Assembly (NCBI GenBank): GCA_016870595.1 | Contig: VGBI01000002.1 | Coordinates: forward strand, 10,623-74,622 | Reading direction: 5' to 3' | DNA length: 64,000 nucleotides | DNA from: Actinomycetota bacterium | GTDB lineage: Bacteria; Actinomycetota; Acidimicrobiia; IMCC26256; PALSA-555 | Notes under the pieces: generated by a model | What the model was told of the DNA's origin: nothing | Databases searched by the model: none | What the model saw: only the letters and a program-made list of their open reading frames with translations | Translations under genes and position numbers: made by a program | Shown here: positions 46,663 to 55,619 of the stretch, in pieces | Numbering within the stretch: the first letter of the stretch is position 1 | Layout of the letters: every line of letters begins with the position of its first letter

Positions 46663-47451
46663 GTGACCGACCCCGCCGCCGTCCCCGCCGCCCGGATTCG
46701 GGCGATGCACTCGGTCGAGGGACGGGTGGTGATCGTCACCGGGTCGGGCCAGGGCGTGGGGCGGGGCATGGCCCACCACTTCGCAAAGGCGGGCGCGACG
46801 GTGGTCGTCGCCGACTGGAACGCGGAGAAGATGGCCCGGACGGTCGCCGAGGTCGAGGCGCTCGGGGCGCCGGCCCTGGGCGTGCCCTGCAACATCATGG
46901 AGCGTGAGACGCTCGACGCGATGGTGGCCGCCACCGTCGCCGCGTTCGGCCGGGTCGACGCCATCGTCAACAACGCCCAGACCTTCCGGCCCAACGCCCC
47001 GATCGCCGAGGTGACGACCGAGGACGTCGAGGTGTTCCACCGGTCCGGCGTGCTCGGCACCCTCTGGGCGATGCAGGCGGTGTACCCCCACATGAAGGCG
47101 GCGGGCTGGGGGCGCATCGTCAACTTCGCGTCGTCGATGGGGATCGTGGGCGGTGTGGGGTTCGGCGCGTACAACGCGTCGAAGGAGGCGATCCGGGCGC
47201 TCACCCGCACGGCCGCGAAGGAGTGGGCGGCCGACGGCATCGTCGTCAACGCGATCGCGCCGGCGGCGGCGCCACCGCGCGCGGTCGGGAGCGCGCACTA
47301 CGAGGAGTTCATGCGCACCAGCCCGATGCACCGCAACGGGGACCCCGAGCTCGACATCGGATCGGTGGCGCACTTCCTGTGCACCGACGCCTGCCGGTAC
47401 CTCACCGGGCAGACGTTCATGTGCGACGGCGGCACCTACCTCTGGGCATGA
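46663..47451 (+). CDS. Short-chain dehydrogenase/reductase (FabG-like); start GTG 46663 or ATG 46705
   Basis: VVIVTGSGQGVGRG...NNAQ...YNASKEAI... Confidence 0.88.
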   Translation: MTDPAAVPAARIRAMHSVEGRVVIVTGSGQGVGRGMAHHFAKAGATVVVADWNAEKMARTVAEVEALGAPALGVPCNIMERETLDAMVAATVAAFGRVDAIVNNAQTFRPNAPIAEVTTEDVEVFHRSGVLGTLWAMQAVYPHMKAAGWGRIVNFASSMGIVGGVGFGAYNASKEAIRALTRTAAKEWAADGIVVNAIAPAAAPPRAVGSAHYEEFMRTSPMHRNGDPELDIGSVAHFLCTDACRYLTGQTFMCDGGTYLWA

Positions 47452-48089
47452 GCGATCCGGTGCACCCCACCGACCCGGGGGGCGCGGGCCCCCCGCCGCG
47501 CGGCCGCCGCAGCGGGGACCCGGCGGCGTGGCGCGACCCGTGGCCGCTCGTCGGCGTGCGACCCGAGCCGCCCCTCGCCTCGGCCGGGCTCGACCGCCTC
47601 CGCGCCGACGGGTTCTCGGTGTGCTTCGACGTCGATCCCGTCCCCGCCGACCGCGACCGGTGGCAGGACCACGTCGACAACACCGGCATCGTGCGGATGT
47701 GCAGCGAGCTGCGCACCGCCTACGTGGCCGCTCGTCTCGCCCCCGAATGGCCCCGGTACCTCCGCCGGAGCGGGGCCACCGTGCTGGTCCGGGAGCAGCA
47801 CGTGCGCTACGACCGTGAGGCCTGGATGCACGAACGCCTCGTGGGGGGCACCCGGGTGGCCCAGCAGCGGGGCAAGGCCGTGGTGGTCGAGCACGCGTTG
47901 ACGGAGGCGGGCTCGGGGGCGGTCGTGGCTGCGGCGTGGGTGGTGCAGCTCTTCGTCGGGCCCGAGGGACGGGTCGCGCCGTACCCCGACCGCTACTGGG
48001 AGCTCGTGACCGCCGCCGAGGGCCGACCGGTGCCCCGGGTCGACGATCCGGGCCGGTCGCCGTGGGGGCCCCCGCCCGCTCTGGCATGA
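47448..48089 (+). CDS. Hotdog-fold acyl-CoA thioesterase-like protein
   Basis: ATGA overlap with the SDR. DHVDNTGIVRMCSELRTAY resembles the 4HBT/YbgC-type catalytic region. Confidence 0.55.
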   Translation: MSDPVHPTDPGGAGPPPRGRRSGDPAAWRDPWPLVGVRPEPPLASAGLDRLRADGFSVCFDVDPVPADRDRWQDHVDNTGIVRMCSELRTAYVAARLAPEWPRYLRRSGATVLVREQHVRYDREAWMHERLVGGTRVAQQRGKAVVVEHALTEAGSGAVVAAAWVVQLFVGPEGRVAPYPDRYWELVTAAEGRPVPRVDDPGRSPWGPPPALA

Positions 48090-48119
48090 TGCGCCCGTCG
48101 GCCGACGACGGGAGGCACG

Positions 48120-48356
48120 ATGGCGTTCCAGTTCCGCAAGCGGATCCGGCTCGGCCGGAACGGATGGATCAACCTGTCGAAGAGCGGGGCCAGCGGCAGC
48201 GTCGGGATCGGCCCGTTCACGTTCAACAGCCGGGGCCGGCGCTCGGTCCGGCTCGGCAACGGGATGTCGTACCGCAGCAGCGGGGCCGGGTGTGCCGTGA
48301 TGACCCTCGGGCTGCTCGTGGTCGGTGCGACCGGCGTGCTCGTGCTGGTCGCCTGA
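48120..48356 (+). CDS. DUF4236-like small protein with C-terminal TM helix
   Basis: FQFRKRIRLGRNGWINLSKSGASGSVGIGPFTFN pattern; 78 aa. Confidence 0.7.
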   Translation: MAFQFRKRIRLGRNGWINLSKSGASGSVGIGPFTFNSRGRRSVRLGNGMSYRSSGAGCAVMTLGLLVVGATGVLVLVA

Positions 48357-48357
48357 C

Positions 48358-49173
48358 TCAGGCGCCGAGATCGGTCAGCAGCGCACCGACGTACTCGACC
48401 GCGCGCACGGAGGCGGATTCGTAGCCCTCCTCCTCGATGCGCGGCCCGATCATCTCCAGGTCGAAGTACCCCGTGTAGCCAGCGTCGAGCAGCTGACCCA
48501 CGATCCGGCGCATCGGGATGTCGCCGTCGCCGGGCACCAGCCGGTTCGGCGTGCTCATCGTGCCCGCAGCGAAGTCGCTGAGCTGGACGATGCCGATCGT
48601 GGCGGCACCGTCGGCGATCGTGGCACCGAGCCCGCGTTCCGCCCAGCACGCGTTGATCTCCATGCACACCCCGATGCCTAGTCGGCGGGCGAAGTCGATC
48701 GCGTCGTGCAGCGAGTGGAGGAACCCGACGTCGACGCGGAGCCCGTTCGTGTGCTCGAGGGTGATCCGCAGGCCCCGTCCCGCGTACTCCTCGAGGACGG
48801 GACCGACGGTGTCGGCGTACGCGTCGGCCGCGTCCTCCCAGGTCAGCGCGCCGGCCGGTCCCGTGGTCAGGATCATGGTCTCGGCGCCGAACGCAAGCGC
48901 GGCGTCGAGGGCGTTGCGGGTGCGGGCGACGCCGTCGGCCCGCTGGGACGGATCGCTCCACGGGATCGGACCGAGCCCGACGAAGTTCGACACGCGGTAG
49001 CCACCGTTGCGGATGCGGTCGACGTGGCCCTCCCATCCGCCGGCCTTCTGCAGCTTGGCGAGCGAGAGGCCGATCACCTCGACCCCTTCACGGTCGAAGA
49101 ACGCGAGGTCTTCGTCGACCGACCAGTTCCAGTGGCTCAGCATCGACAGGGAGACGCGGGGGTGGGTGCGCAT
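48358..49173 (-). CDS. Sugar phosphate isomerase/epimerase (xylose isomerase-like TIM barrel)
   Basis: 271 aa from ATG 49173, in frame within listed ORF 48358..49605: LEHTN...CMEINACW...VQLSD... Confidence 0.8.
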   Translation of the reverse strand: MRTHPRVSLSMLSHWNWSVDEDLAFFDREGVEVIGLSLAKLQKAGGWEGHVDRIRNGGYRVSNFVGLGPIPWSDPSQRADGVARTRNALDAALAFGAETMILTTGPAGALTWEDAADAYADTVGPVLEEYAGRGLRITLEHTNGLRVDVGFLHSLHDAIDFARRLGIGVCMEINACWAERGLGATIADGAATIGIVQLSDFAAGTMSTPNRLVPGDGDIPMRRIVGQLLDAGYTGYFDLEMIGPRIEEEGYESASVRAVEYVGALLTDLGA

Positions 49174-49202
49174 GACGGGTCCTTCGCTCGGTCGTGGGGG
49201 GA

Positions 49203-50027
49203 TCAGCCGACCACCGCCGCCCGGGCGATGCTGCTGCCGCCGTCGAGCTGGAGGTTGATGCCGGTGAGGAACTCGGACTCGCGGCTCGCGAGGTAGACCG
49301 CGGCGTAGGCGCAGTCCTGGGCGGTCCCGAGGCGGGTCACGTGCATCGCCTCGTAGCGCGCCCGCCGGTCGGGGTCCATGTCGGCGTCGCGCCGGTCGTT
49401 CACGACGAAGCCGGGGCTCAGGGTGTTGGCCCGGACGTTGCGGTCGCCGTACTCCACGGCGATGGCCCGGGTGAGCGCGTTGAGCCCGCCCTTGCTCGCG
49501 CAGTAGGCGGCCATGCCGGGGCTCGGGCGCTCGGCCTGGCGCGACGACACGTTGACGATCGATCCGTGGCCGGCGGCGAGCATGTGGGGGAGCGCCGCCC
49601 GGCACAGGATCATGGGTGCGGTGAGGTTGACCCGCAGCGCGGTCTCCCAGTACTCGGTGGAGAGGTCGCCCACCGCGGCGTCGCGACCCCCGCTCGCTCC
49701 GACCGCGTTGTTCACGAGGACGGTGAGGCCCCCGATCCGCTCGGCCGCTGCGGCCACCAGGGTCTCGGCCGTCGCCAGGTCGGCGAGGTCGGCGGGGACG
49801 AAGTGGGCCTCGCCCCCCCGGTCCCGGGCCGCGGCCACGACGGCGGCGCCCCGGTCGGGGTCGCGCCCGTGGACGACCACCCGGGCTCCCTCGGCGGCGA
49901 ACTCGAGGGCGATGGCCCGACCGATCCCGGAGGTCGCGCCGGTCACGAGGGCCAGCTCACCGTGCAGGCGGCCGGCTGGCGTACGGCCGGGCGCGCCCGC
50001 CGGGGTGGCGTGAGGGGGGAGACTCAT
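49203..50027 (-). CDS. Short-chain dehydrogenase/reductase
   Basis: LALVTGATSGIGRAIA...NNAVG...YCASKGGLNALT. Confidence 0.88.
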   Translation of the reverse strand: MSLPPHATPAGAPGRTPAGRLHGELALVTGATSGIGRAIALEFAAEGARVVVHGRDPDRGAAVVAAARDRGGEAHFVPADLADLATAETLVAAAAERIGGLTVLVNNAVGASGGRDAAVGDLSTEYWETALRVNLTAPMILCRAALPHMLAAGHGSIVNVSSRQAERPSPGMAAYCASKGGLNALTRAIAVEYGDRNVRANTLSPGFVVNDRRDADMDPDRRARYEAMHVTRLGTAQDCAYAAVYLASRESEFLTGINLQLDGGSSIARAAVVG

Positions 50028-50029
50028 GA

Positions 50030-50127
50030 CGGCACGCTAGATCCCGGCCGGGGACCGGGGTCCGACCGGGGCAGCCCGGTCCGGATTCGCCTAACCTGAT
50101 GTGACCAGTGTGGCTGAAGTGAGGGTT
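50030..50127 (+). ncRNA. Possible compact ydaO/c-di-AMP-riboswitch-like leader upstream of the M23 peptidase (weak)
   Basis: The ordered blocks CGCUAGAUC, CCGGGGACC, GGGGU, CCGGAUUC and GCCUAACCUGAUG resemble the conserved blocks of that riboswitch. However, the element is short and has many mismatches. Confidence 0.2.
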
Positions 50128-51240
50128 GTGAAACAGGAGCGCCGCCGGAAGGGCACACACCGGACCGCGCGTGCCGGTGCGCCGGGTCGCCGGACCGCCT
50201 CCCGGCGGGTCGCCGCGCTCTGCGCCGGCCTGGCCCTCCTCGTCACCTCGGCTCCCGGGGCCGGGGCCGCCGAGATCGACGACCTGCGGACCGCGGTGGT
50301 GTCGGCCCGCCAGGCCGCGACCGAGGCCACCCTGCGCTACATGGACGCGGTGAACGAGCTCGAGGGGCTCGAGGTCCGGATCGCCGAGACCGAGCGCGAC
50401 ATCGGCGTCAGCGAGGCCACCATCGCCCGGCTCGGCGATCTCGCGCGCGACCGCGCCGTGACCGCGTACGTGACGCGCGGCGTCGAGATCGGCGGGCTCG
50501 ACCTCGGCCGCCCGCTCGACCGGCTCCGCCGCCAGAAGCTGCTCGAGCAGGCCAACGCGCGCGACAACGCCGCCGTCCAGGAGCTCGGCACGGCGGTGGC
50601 TGCCCTCGCCGCGCGTGAGCGCGCGCTGCGAACCCTGCGCGCCCGGGCCGCCGAGAGCCGGGACCGGCTCGCGGTCGAGCAGGCCCAGCTCGACCAGCAG
50701 CTCACCGCCGCGCAGTCGGCCCTGGCCGAGTTCGAGGAGCGGATCCGCCGCGAGGAGGCCGCCCGCCAGGAACGGGAGCGCGCCCGCCTCGCGGCCCAGC
50801 AGGCGGCGGGCCGGCGGGGCAACGGCCAGACCTACGACGGGGCCTACGTGGCCACGGGGCTGGTCTGCCCGCTGCCGGGCGCCAGCTTCATCGACTCGTG
50901 GGGGTTCCCCCGCGCCACCACCGGCTGGCACCAGGGGGTCGACCTCATGGCGCCGCGCGGCACGCCGAACCGGGCCGTGGTGTCGGGCCGCGTGCAGATG
51001 ATGTCGGGTGGGACGTCGGGCCTCGGGGCCTTCCTCTACGGCGACGACGGGAACCTCTACTACTACTTCCACTTCGACGCCTACCAAGGGGGCGCGCGCC
51101 AGGTGGCCCAGGGTGAGGTGATCGGGTACGTCGGCAACACCGGCGACGCCAGCGGTGGCGCCACCCACACCCACTTCGAGGTCCACCCCGGTGGCGGCGC
51201 GGCGGTCAACCCGTATCCGTCCGTGGTCGGGATCTGCTGA
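50101..51240 (+). CDS. Secreted coiled-coil M23 (LytM-type) metallopeptidase; start GTG 50101 or, more likely, GTG 50128
   Basis: HQGVDLMAP...GNTGDASGGATHTHFEV is the M23 HxxxD/HxH pattern. The N-terminal half is a signal peptide plus coiled coil. Confidence 0.85.
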   Translation: MTSVAEVRVVKQERRRKGTHRTARAGAPGRRTASRRVAALCAGLALLVTSAPGAGAAEIDDLRTAVVSARQAATEATLRYMDAVNELEGLEVRIAETERDIGVSEATIARLGDLARDRAVTAYVTRGVEIGGLDLGRPLDRLRRQKLLEQANARDNAAVQELGTAVAALAARERALRTLRARAAESRDRLAVEQAQLDQQLTAAQSALAEFEERIRREEAARQERERARLAAQQAAGRRGNGQTYDGAYVATGLVCPLPGASFIDSWGFPRATTGWHQGVDLMAPRGTPNRAVVSGRVQMMSGGTSGLGAFLYGDDGNLYYYFHFDAYQGGARQVAQGEVIGYVGNTGDASGGATHTHFEVHPGGGAAVNPYPSVVGIC

Positions 51241-52694
51241 TGGCACGCGACCGATCCGGGCGGTCGACCCCGGCGGTGCCCGGCCTTGCGCACGGCTACG
51301 GCCTCCTCGAGCACGACGTCGTCTCCCGGCGGACCCGCCGGGTCCTCGGGGTCGTCGTCGCGATCATCGGCGTCGCCACCGTCGTCGGGATCGCGCTCCT
51401 CTGGCCGCCCCGGCCCGACACGAGCGGCGCGAACCGCCTCGGCCTGGTGTCCGACGTCCATGCGGCCGAGGTCGAGGGCGTGACCCGGGGCCCGTGTCGG
51501 GGGACGACCGAGTCCGACGGGGTCACGTGCGACCGGGTGCGGGTGCGCCTCCTCGCCGGCCCGGATGCGGGCGAGCGGCGCACGCTCGAGTTCCCCCGGT
51601 CGCCCACCACGCCGGCGTTCGTGACCGGGGACGAACTGGTGCTCTCGTACCAGCCCGACGCCCAGCCGCGCTTCCAGTACGACTTCTCCGACCGTCAACG
51701 CCGCACGCCCCTGCTCGTGCTCGTGGGTGTGTTCGTGCTCGCGGTCGTGGCGCTCGCCCGGATCCGGGGCCTGCTCGCGCTGGTCGGCCTGGTCGCGAGC
51801 ATCGCCGTCCTGCTCGTCTTCCTCGTGCCGGCTCTGCTCGCCGGCACCGATCCCGTGCTGGTCGCCGTGGTGTCGTCGAGCGCGATCGCCTTCCTGACCC
51901 TCTTCCTCGCGCACGGCTTCCGCTCGATGACCCTGGTGGCCCTGCTGGGCACGCTCGTCGCGTTGGCGTTGACCATCGGGCTCGCCTGGCTGTTCACCGC
52001 GCTCACCGAGCTGTCGGGCTACGTCTCGGAGGAGGCGTTCCTCGTCCAGGTGGGGAGCACCGGCCTCGACGTGCGCGGGCTGGTGCTCGCCGGGATGGTC
52101 ATCGGCGCCCTCGGTGCCCTCGACGACATGACCGTGACCCAGGCCGCCGCGGTCGCCGAGCTGCGGGTCGCCGATCCGACCATGAGCCGACGCGACCTCC
52201 GTCGGGCCGGTCTGCGCATCGGGCGCGACCACGTGGCCTCGACCGTCAACACCCTCGCGCTCGCCTACGCCGGTGCCGCGCTCCCGCTGCTCCTGCTCTT
52301 CGTGCTCTCCGCCCAGTCGCTCGGCACGGTGGCCAACTCCGAGGTGGTGGCCTCCGAGATCGTGCGGACGCTGGTCGGCAGCATCGGCCTCGTCGCCGCA
52401 GTGCCGGTCACGACCTGGCTCGCCACCCGGGTCGTCGCGGAACCGGTCACCGAATCCGGTCGGCAGGAGCGCCCGGCGCCGGCCGCCGGTGCACCGACGC
52501 TGTGGGCCGAGCCCCTCGCCCCGGTGCCGGCCGCCGCTCCACCGGTGGAATGGCCCGACGTGCCCCTGACCCGGACCGTCCCGCAACCGGTGGCCCCCGA
52601 CCCGCCGGTCCCGCCGGGCACCACGCCGGAGGCCTGGGCCGCCGAGGCTGCCCCGGCTCCGGACGACGACGAGTCCCGCTTCTGGGAAAGCTGA
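51240..52694 (+). CDS. YibE/F family integral membrane protein
   Basis: 484 aa: one N-terminal TM, an extracytoplasmic domain, then about 7 TM segments. TGATG coupling to the M23 gene. Confidence 0.78.
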   Translation: MARDRSGRSTPAVPGLAHGYGLLEHDVVSRRTRRVLGVVVAIIGVATVVGIALLWPPRPDTSGANRLGLVSDVHAAEVEGVTRGPCRGTTESDGVTCDRVRVRLLAGPDAGERRTLEFPRSPTTPAFVTGDELVLSYQPDAQPRFQYDFSDRQRRTPLLVLVGVFVLAVVALARIRGLLALVGLVASIAVLLVFLVPALLAGTDPVLVAVVSSSAIAFLTLFLAHGFRSMTLVALLGTLVALALTIGLAWLFTALTELSGYVSEEAFLVQVGSTGLDVRGLVLAGMVIGALGALDDMTVTQAAAVAELRVADPTMSRRDLRRAGLRIGRDHVASTVNTLALAYAGAALPLLLLFVLSAQSLGTVANSEVVASEIVRTLVGSIGLVAAVPVTTWLATRVVAEPVTESGRQERPAPAAGAPTLWAEPLAPVPAAAPPVEWPDVPLTRTVPQPVAPDPPVPPGTTPEAWAAEAAPAPDDDESRFWES

Positions 52695-52721
52695 CCGCGC
52701 CGACCCGGTGACGCCGCCCGG

Positions 52722-53699
52722 TCAGCCCGACCCGGGCCCCGGGTGGTCGTGGTCGTGCTCGTGCTCGTGGTCGTCGTGCGGATCGCGCCCGTCCCGGGGT
52801 GCGGTGCCGGGTGCCGGCGCCTCGACCAGGACCGGTCGCCGGGCCCCCGTGCGGCCGCCGAGGACCCCGACCGCGGCGAAGGTGCCCGCGGCGACCAGCA
52901 CGATCGAGCCGCCCGGCGCGAGGGCCCACTGTCGTGCGGCGGCGAGGCCGGCCACGACCGCGAACGCGCCGATGCCGGCGGCGCCCACCAGCGTGCCCCG
53001 GAACGAGCGGGCGAGATTCCGGCTGGTCGCGACGGGCAGCACCATGAGCGCGGCGACGAGGAGCACGCCGACCACCTGCATCGCCGCGACGACCGTGACC
53101 GCGGTGAGCACGGCGAGCACCGCGTTGCCCGCGCCCACGGGCAGGCCGGCGACCCGGGCCGACTCCTCGTCGATCACGATCGCGAAGAGCGTTCGACCGA
53201 ACGCGGCGACGGTGACCACGATGCCGAGGCCGAGGAGCACGACGAGCAGCACCTCCGAACGGTCGACGGTGAGGATCGAGCCGAAGAGGTAGGGGAGGAT
53301 CGCGCCGCTGCCGCCGGTCGACCGACTGGCGAGCACCACCCCGGCGGCGATGCCGCCGTAGAACCAGAGCGCGAGCGCGAGATCGCTCGTCGCGCGTCGG
53401 CGGCTCCGGAGCCACTCGATCGACAGGGCACCGACGGCGGCGACGACCATCGCGCTCCACACCGGCCACACCTCGAGCAGGAGGCCGGCCGCGATGCCGG
53501 CGAGCGCGAGGTGGCCGATGCCGTCGCCCATCAGGCTGAGGCGCTGTTGGACGAGGAAGGTGCCGATCAGCGGCGCGCAGATGCCGATGACGAGGCCGGC
53601 GGCCAGCGCGAGCTGCATGTACTCGCGCTCGAACGGCCAGGGGAGCGGAAGGACGGCGAACCCGGTGAGCCCGGTGAGCCCGGTGAGCCCGGTGCTCAC
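52722..53699 (-). CDS. ABC-3 family metal (Zn/Mn-type) transporter permease with His-rich C-terminal tail
   Basis: LIGTFLVQQRLSLMGDGIGHLALAG...ILTV... pattern, with tail HDDHEHEHDHDH. GTG 53699 overlaps the ATPase stop. Confidence 0.88.
   Translation of the reverse strand: MSTGLTGLTGLTGFAVLPLPWPFEREYMQLALAAGLVIGICAPLIGTFLVQQRLSLMGDGIGHLALAGIAAGLLLEVWPVWSAMVVAAVGALSIEWLRSRRRATSDLALALWFYGGIAAGVVLASRSTGGSGAILPYLFGSILTVDRSEVLLVVLLGLGIVVTVAAFGRTLFAIVIDEESARVAGLPVGAGNAVLAVLTAVTVVAAMQVVGVLLVAALMVLPVATSRNLARSFRGTLVGAAGIGAFAVVAGLAAARQWALAPGGSIVLVAAGTFAAVGVLGGRTGARRPVLVEAPAPGTAPRDGRDPHDDHEHEHDHDHPGPGSG
53661..53696. repeat. 9-bp in-frame tandem repeat CCCGGTGAG x3 (+1 degenerate), encoding (LTG)n at the permease N-terminus
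   Basis: Read directly; it translates on the minus strand as TGLTGLTGLTG. Confidence 0.85.
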
Positions 53700-54466
53700 G
53701 CCTGGAGGTCCTCGAGCCAGCGGGGCAGGTCGTCGGCGTGCACGCCGAGGTGCACACCGGTGGCGGCGAGCGCGGACGGCGGTCCGTCGAAGCGCACCCG
53801 TCGTTGGAGCACCACCACCCGGTCGAGGTCGTCGGCCACGGCACCGAGCTCGTGCGAGACGAGGAGCACGGCGGTGTCGTGGTGCTCGACCAGGTGCACG
53901 AGGCTGTCGCGGAACAGGCGCTGGGATTCGCGGTCCACGCCGGCGATCGGCTCGTCGAGCACCAGGACGGTCGGCTCGGCGACCAACGCCCGCGCGATGA
54001 GCACCCGTTGCTGCTGGCCACCCGACAGCGCAGCCACCGGGCGGTGCCGCAGGTCGGCGATCGCGACGGCGTCGAGCGCGTGCTCGACCGCAGCCCGATC
54101 GGCGTGTCGCGGCGGTCGCCACCAGCCACGGCGCGCGGTGCGACCGGACGCCACCACCTCCGCGACGGTGGCGGGCACGTCGAGGTCGAGGATCCGTCGC
54201 TGCGGCACGTAGCCCACCCGCCAGCGCTCCCGCAGCTCGCGGGGCGGGTGCCCGAGCAGCTCGACCGTCCCGGCGTCGGGGGTGAGGAGCCCGAGCAGCA
54301 GGCGGAGCAGCGTGGACTTGCCCGACCCGTTGGGGCCGACGAGGGCGACGAACTCCCCCGGGGCGACGGTGAGGTCGACGGCGGAGACCGCGGGGTCGGC
54401 GCCGTAGGCGAAGGAGACGCCGTGTGCGGCGAGCACGGCGGGTCCGGGCTCGCCGGCGACGGTCAC
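53696..54466 (-). CDS. Metal ABC transporter ATP-binding protein (ZnuC/MntA-like)
   Basis: Walker A GPNGSGKST, signature LSGGQQQR and Walker B VLVLDEP. Confidence 0.9.
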   Translation of the reverse strand: MTVAGEPGPAVLAAHGVSFAYGADPAVSAVDLTVAPGEFVALVGPNGSGKSTLLRLLLGLLTPDAGTVELLGHPPRELRERWRVGYVPQRRILDLDVPATVAEVVASGRTARRGWWRPPRHADRAAVEHALDAVAIADLRHRPVAALSGGQQQRVLIARALVAEPTVLVLDEPIAGVDRESQRLFRDSLVHLVEHHDTAVLLVSHELGAVADDLDRVVVLQRRVRFDGPPSALAATGVHLGVHADDLPRWLEDLQA

Positions 54467-55560
54467 CGGTGCAGCATAGGAAGCGCGTCGGTCCCGGCGG
54501 CGCCCGGTGGCGCAGGGGCGGGGGCGGTCGTGTGCCGGACGAAGCGGGCGGCGCCGAGCGCCGCGCCGAACCCGCCGCCGAGGGCGAGGGCGATCGCGGC
54601 CCTATCGACGGCGTCGGGGAGCGTCGTGGGGAGCTGCGAGTGCGACAGCGCGGAGACGTCGGCCAGTCCGATGGCGATGCCGACGAACAGCCCGGCCATC
54701 ACCACGAGGGGCGCCGACCCGCGGGCGCCCCGGCGCCGGAGCTGCACCAGGGCGACGGCGGTGAGGGCCACGGCCCCGACGGTGGGCAGCGCGTTCGCCG
54801 CCCGCTCGAGCAGCGGCGCGGTCGCGTCGGCCCAGGCCCCGAACGCGTGCGCCACCGTTCCGGTGACGGCCACGGCGAGTCCGCCGGCCAGCGCCGCCGC
54901 GGCCCGGCGGGTCCAGGCCCCGGCGCCCACGGCCAGGGCGAGGAGCCCGGCGGCTCCGATCCACGGCCAGGGGGCCGGTCCGGGCACGTAGCGCACGTCG
55001 CCCCGGACCCGGATCGTCTCCCCGGCCCGGACCAGGTCGATGCGGAACCGCTGGACGAGGTGGGCACGGTCGGGGTCGCGCTCCACGACCGGGGGGTCGT
55101 CGGCGCTCATCCAGTGCGCCCGGTGGTCGTGCCACCGGACGGTCGGCCCGGGGCCCACCCGACGCCACCGGGGGTCGGCGGCCGGGTCGGCCCACGGTGG
55201 CGGCGCCTCGGGATCGAGGCGGGAACGGTTGAGGTACCGGGCGGGCGAGCGCACGTTCTCGAACACCCCGGCGGGACCGACCCGCAGGTAGGGCTCACCG
55301 TCGTAGCCGAGCACGGTGACGGCCGGGCCCCGGTTCGTGAGCTCGAGCCGGTCGCCGGTGTCGATCACCCGGACCCGGAGGCCGGGGACGGGCGGCGCCA
55401 CCGACCGGATCGTCGTGGCGTAATCGGTGGCGTCGACCCCGCCGACGGTGTGGGCGGCCGCCGGACGGGCGGTCGCCGTGAGCCCGCCGATTCCGAGCCC
55501 GGCGCCCGCGCCGACCCCGAGGACGAGGGCGGCGACGAGCCGCCACCGGCGAGGCTGCAT
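54463..55560 (-). CDS. Membrane protein of unknown function: signal peptide, extracytoplasmic domain with predicted N-terminal His, 4-5 C-terminal TM helices
   Basis: ATG 55560 begins MQPRRWRLVAALVLGVGAGAGLGIGGLTATARPAAA/HTVGG. A WHDHRAHW motif is present. There is a 4-nt overlap with the ABC ATPase gene. Confidence 0.55.
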   Translation of the reverse strand: MQPRRWRLVAALVLGVGAGAGLGIGGLTATARPAAAHTVGGVDATDYATTIRSVAPPVPGLRVRVIDTGDRLELTNRGPAVTVLGYDGEPYLRVGPAGVFENVRSPARYLNRSRLDPEAPPPWADPAADPRWRRVGPGPTVRWHDHRAHWMSADDPPVVERDPDRAHLVQRFRIDLVRAGETIRVRGDVRYVPGPAPWPWIGAAGLLALAVGAGAWTRRAAAALAGGLAVAVTGTVAHAFGAWADATAPLLERAANALPTVGAVALTAVALVQLRRRGARGSAPLVVMAGLFVGIAIGLADVSALSHSQLPTTLPDAVDRAAIALALGGGFGAALGAARFVRHTTAPAPAPPGAAGTDALPMLHR

Positions 55561-55563
55561 GCA

Positions 55564-55607
55564 GGAACGCACCGGCGATCGACGATACTGGTCGCTCCCT
55601 GCGTTCC
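55564..55607. promoter_or_regulatory. 8-bp perfect inverted repeat GGAACGCA...TGCGTTCC (28-nt spacer with inner CGAC/GTCG repeat) in the 59-bp divergent spacer
   Basis: Read directly, between the membrane-protein/ABC operon and copCD. Confidence 0.3.
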
Positions 55608-55619
55608 CGGAGCCGACCC

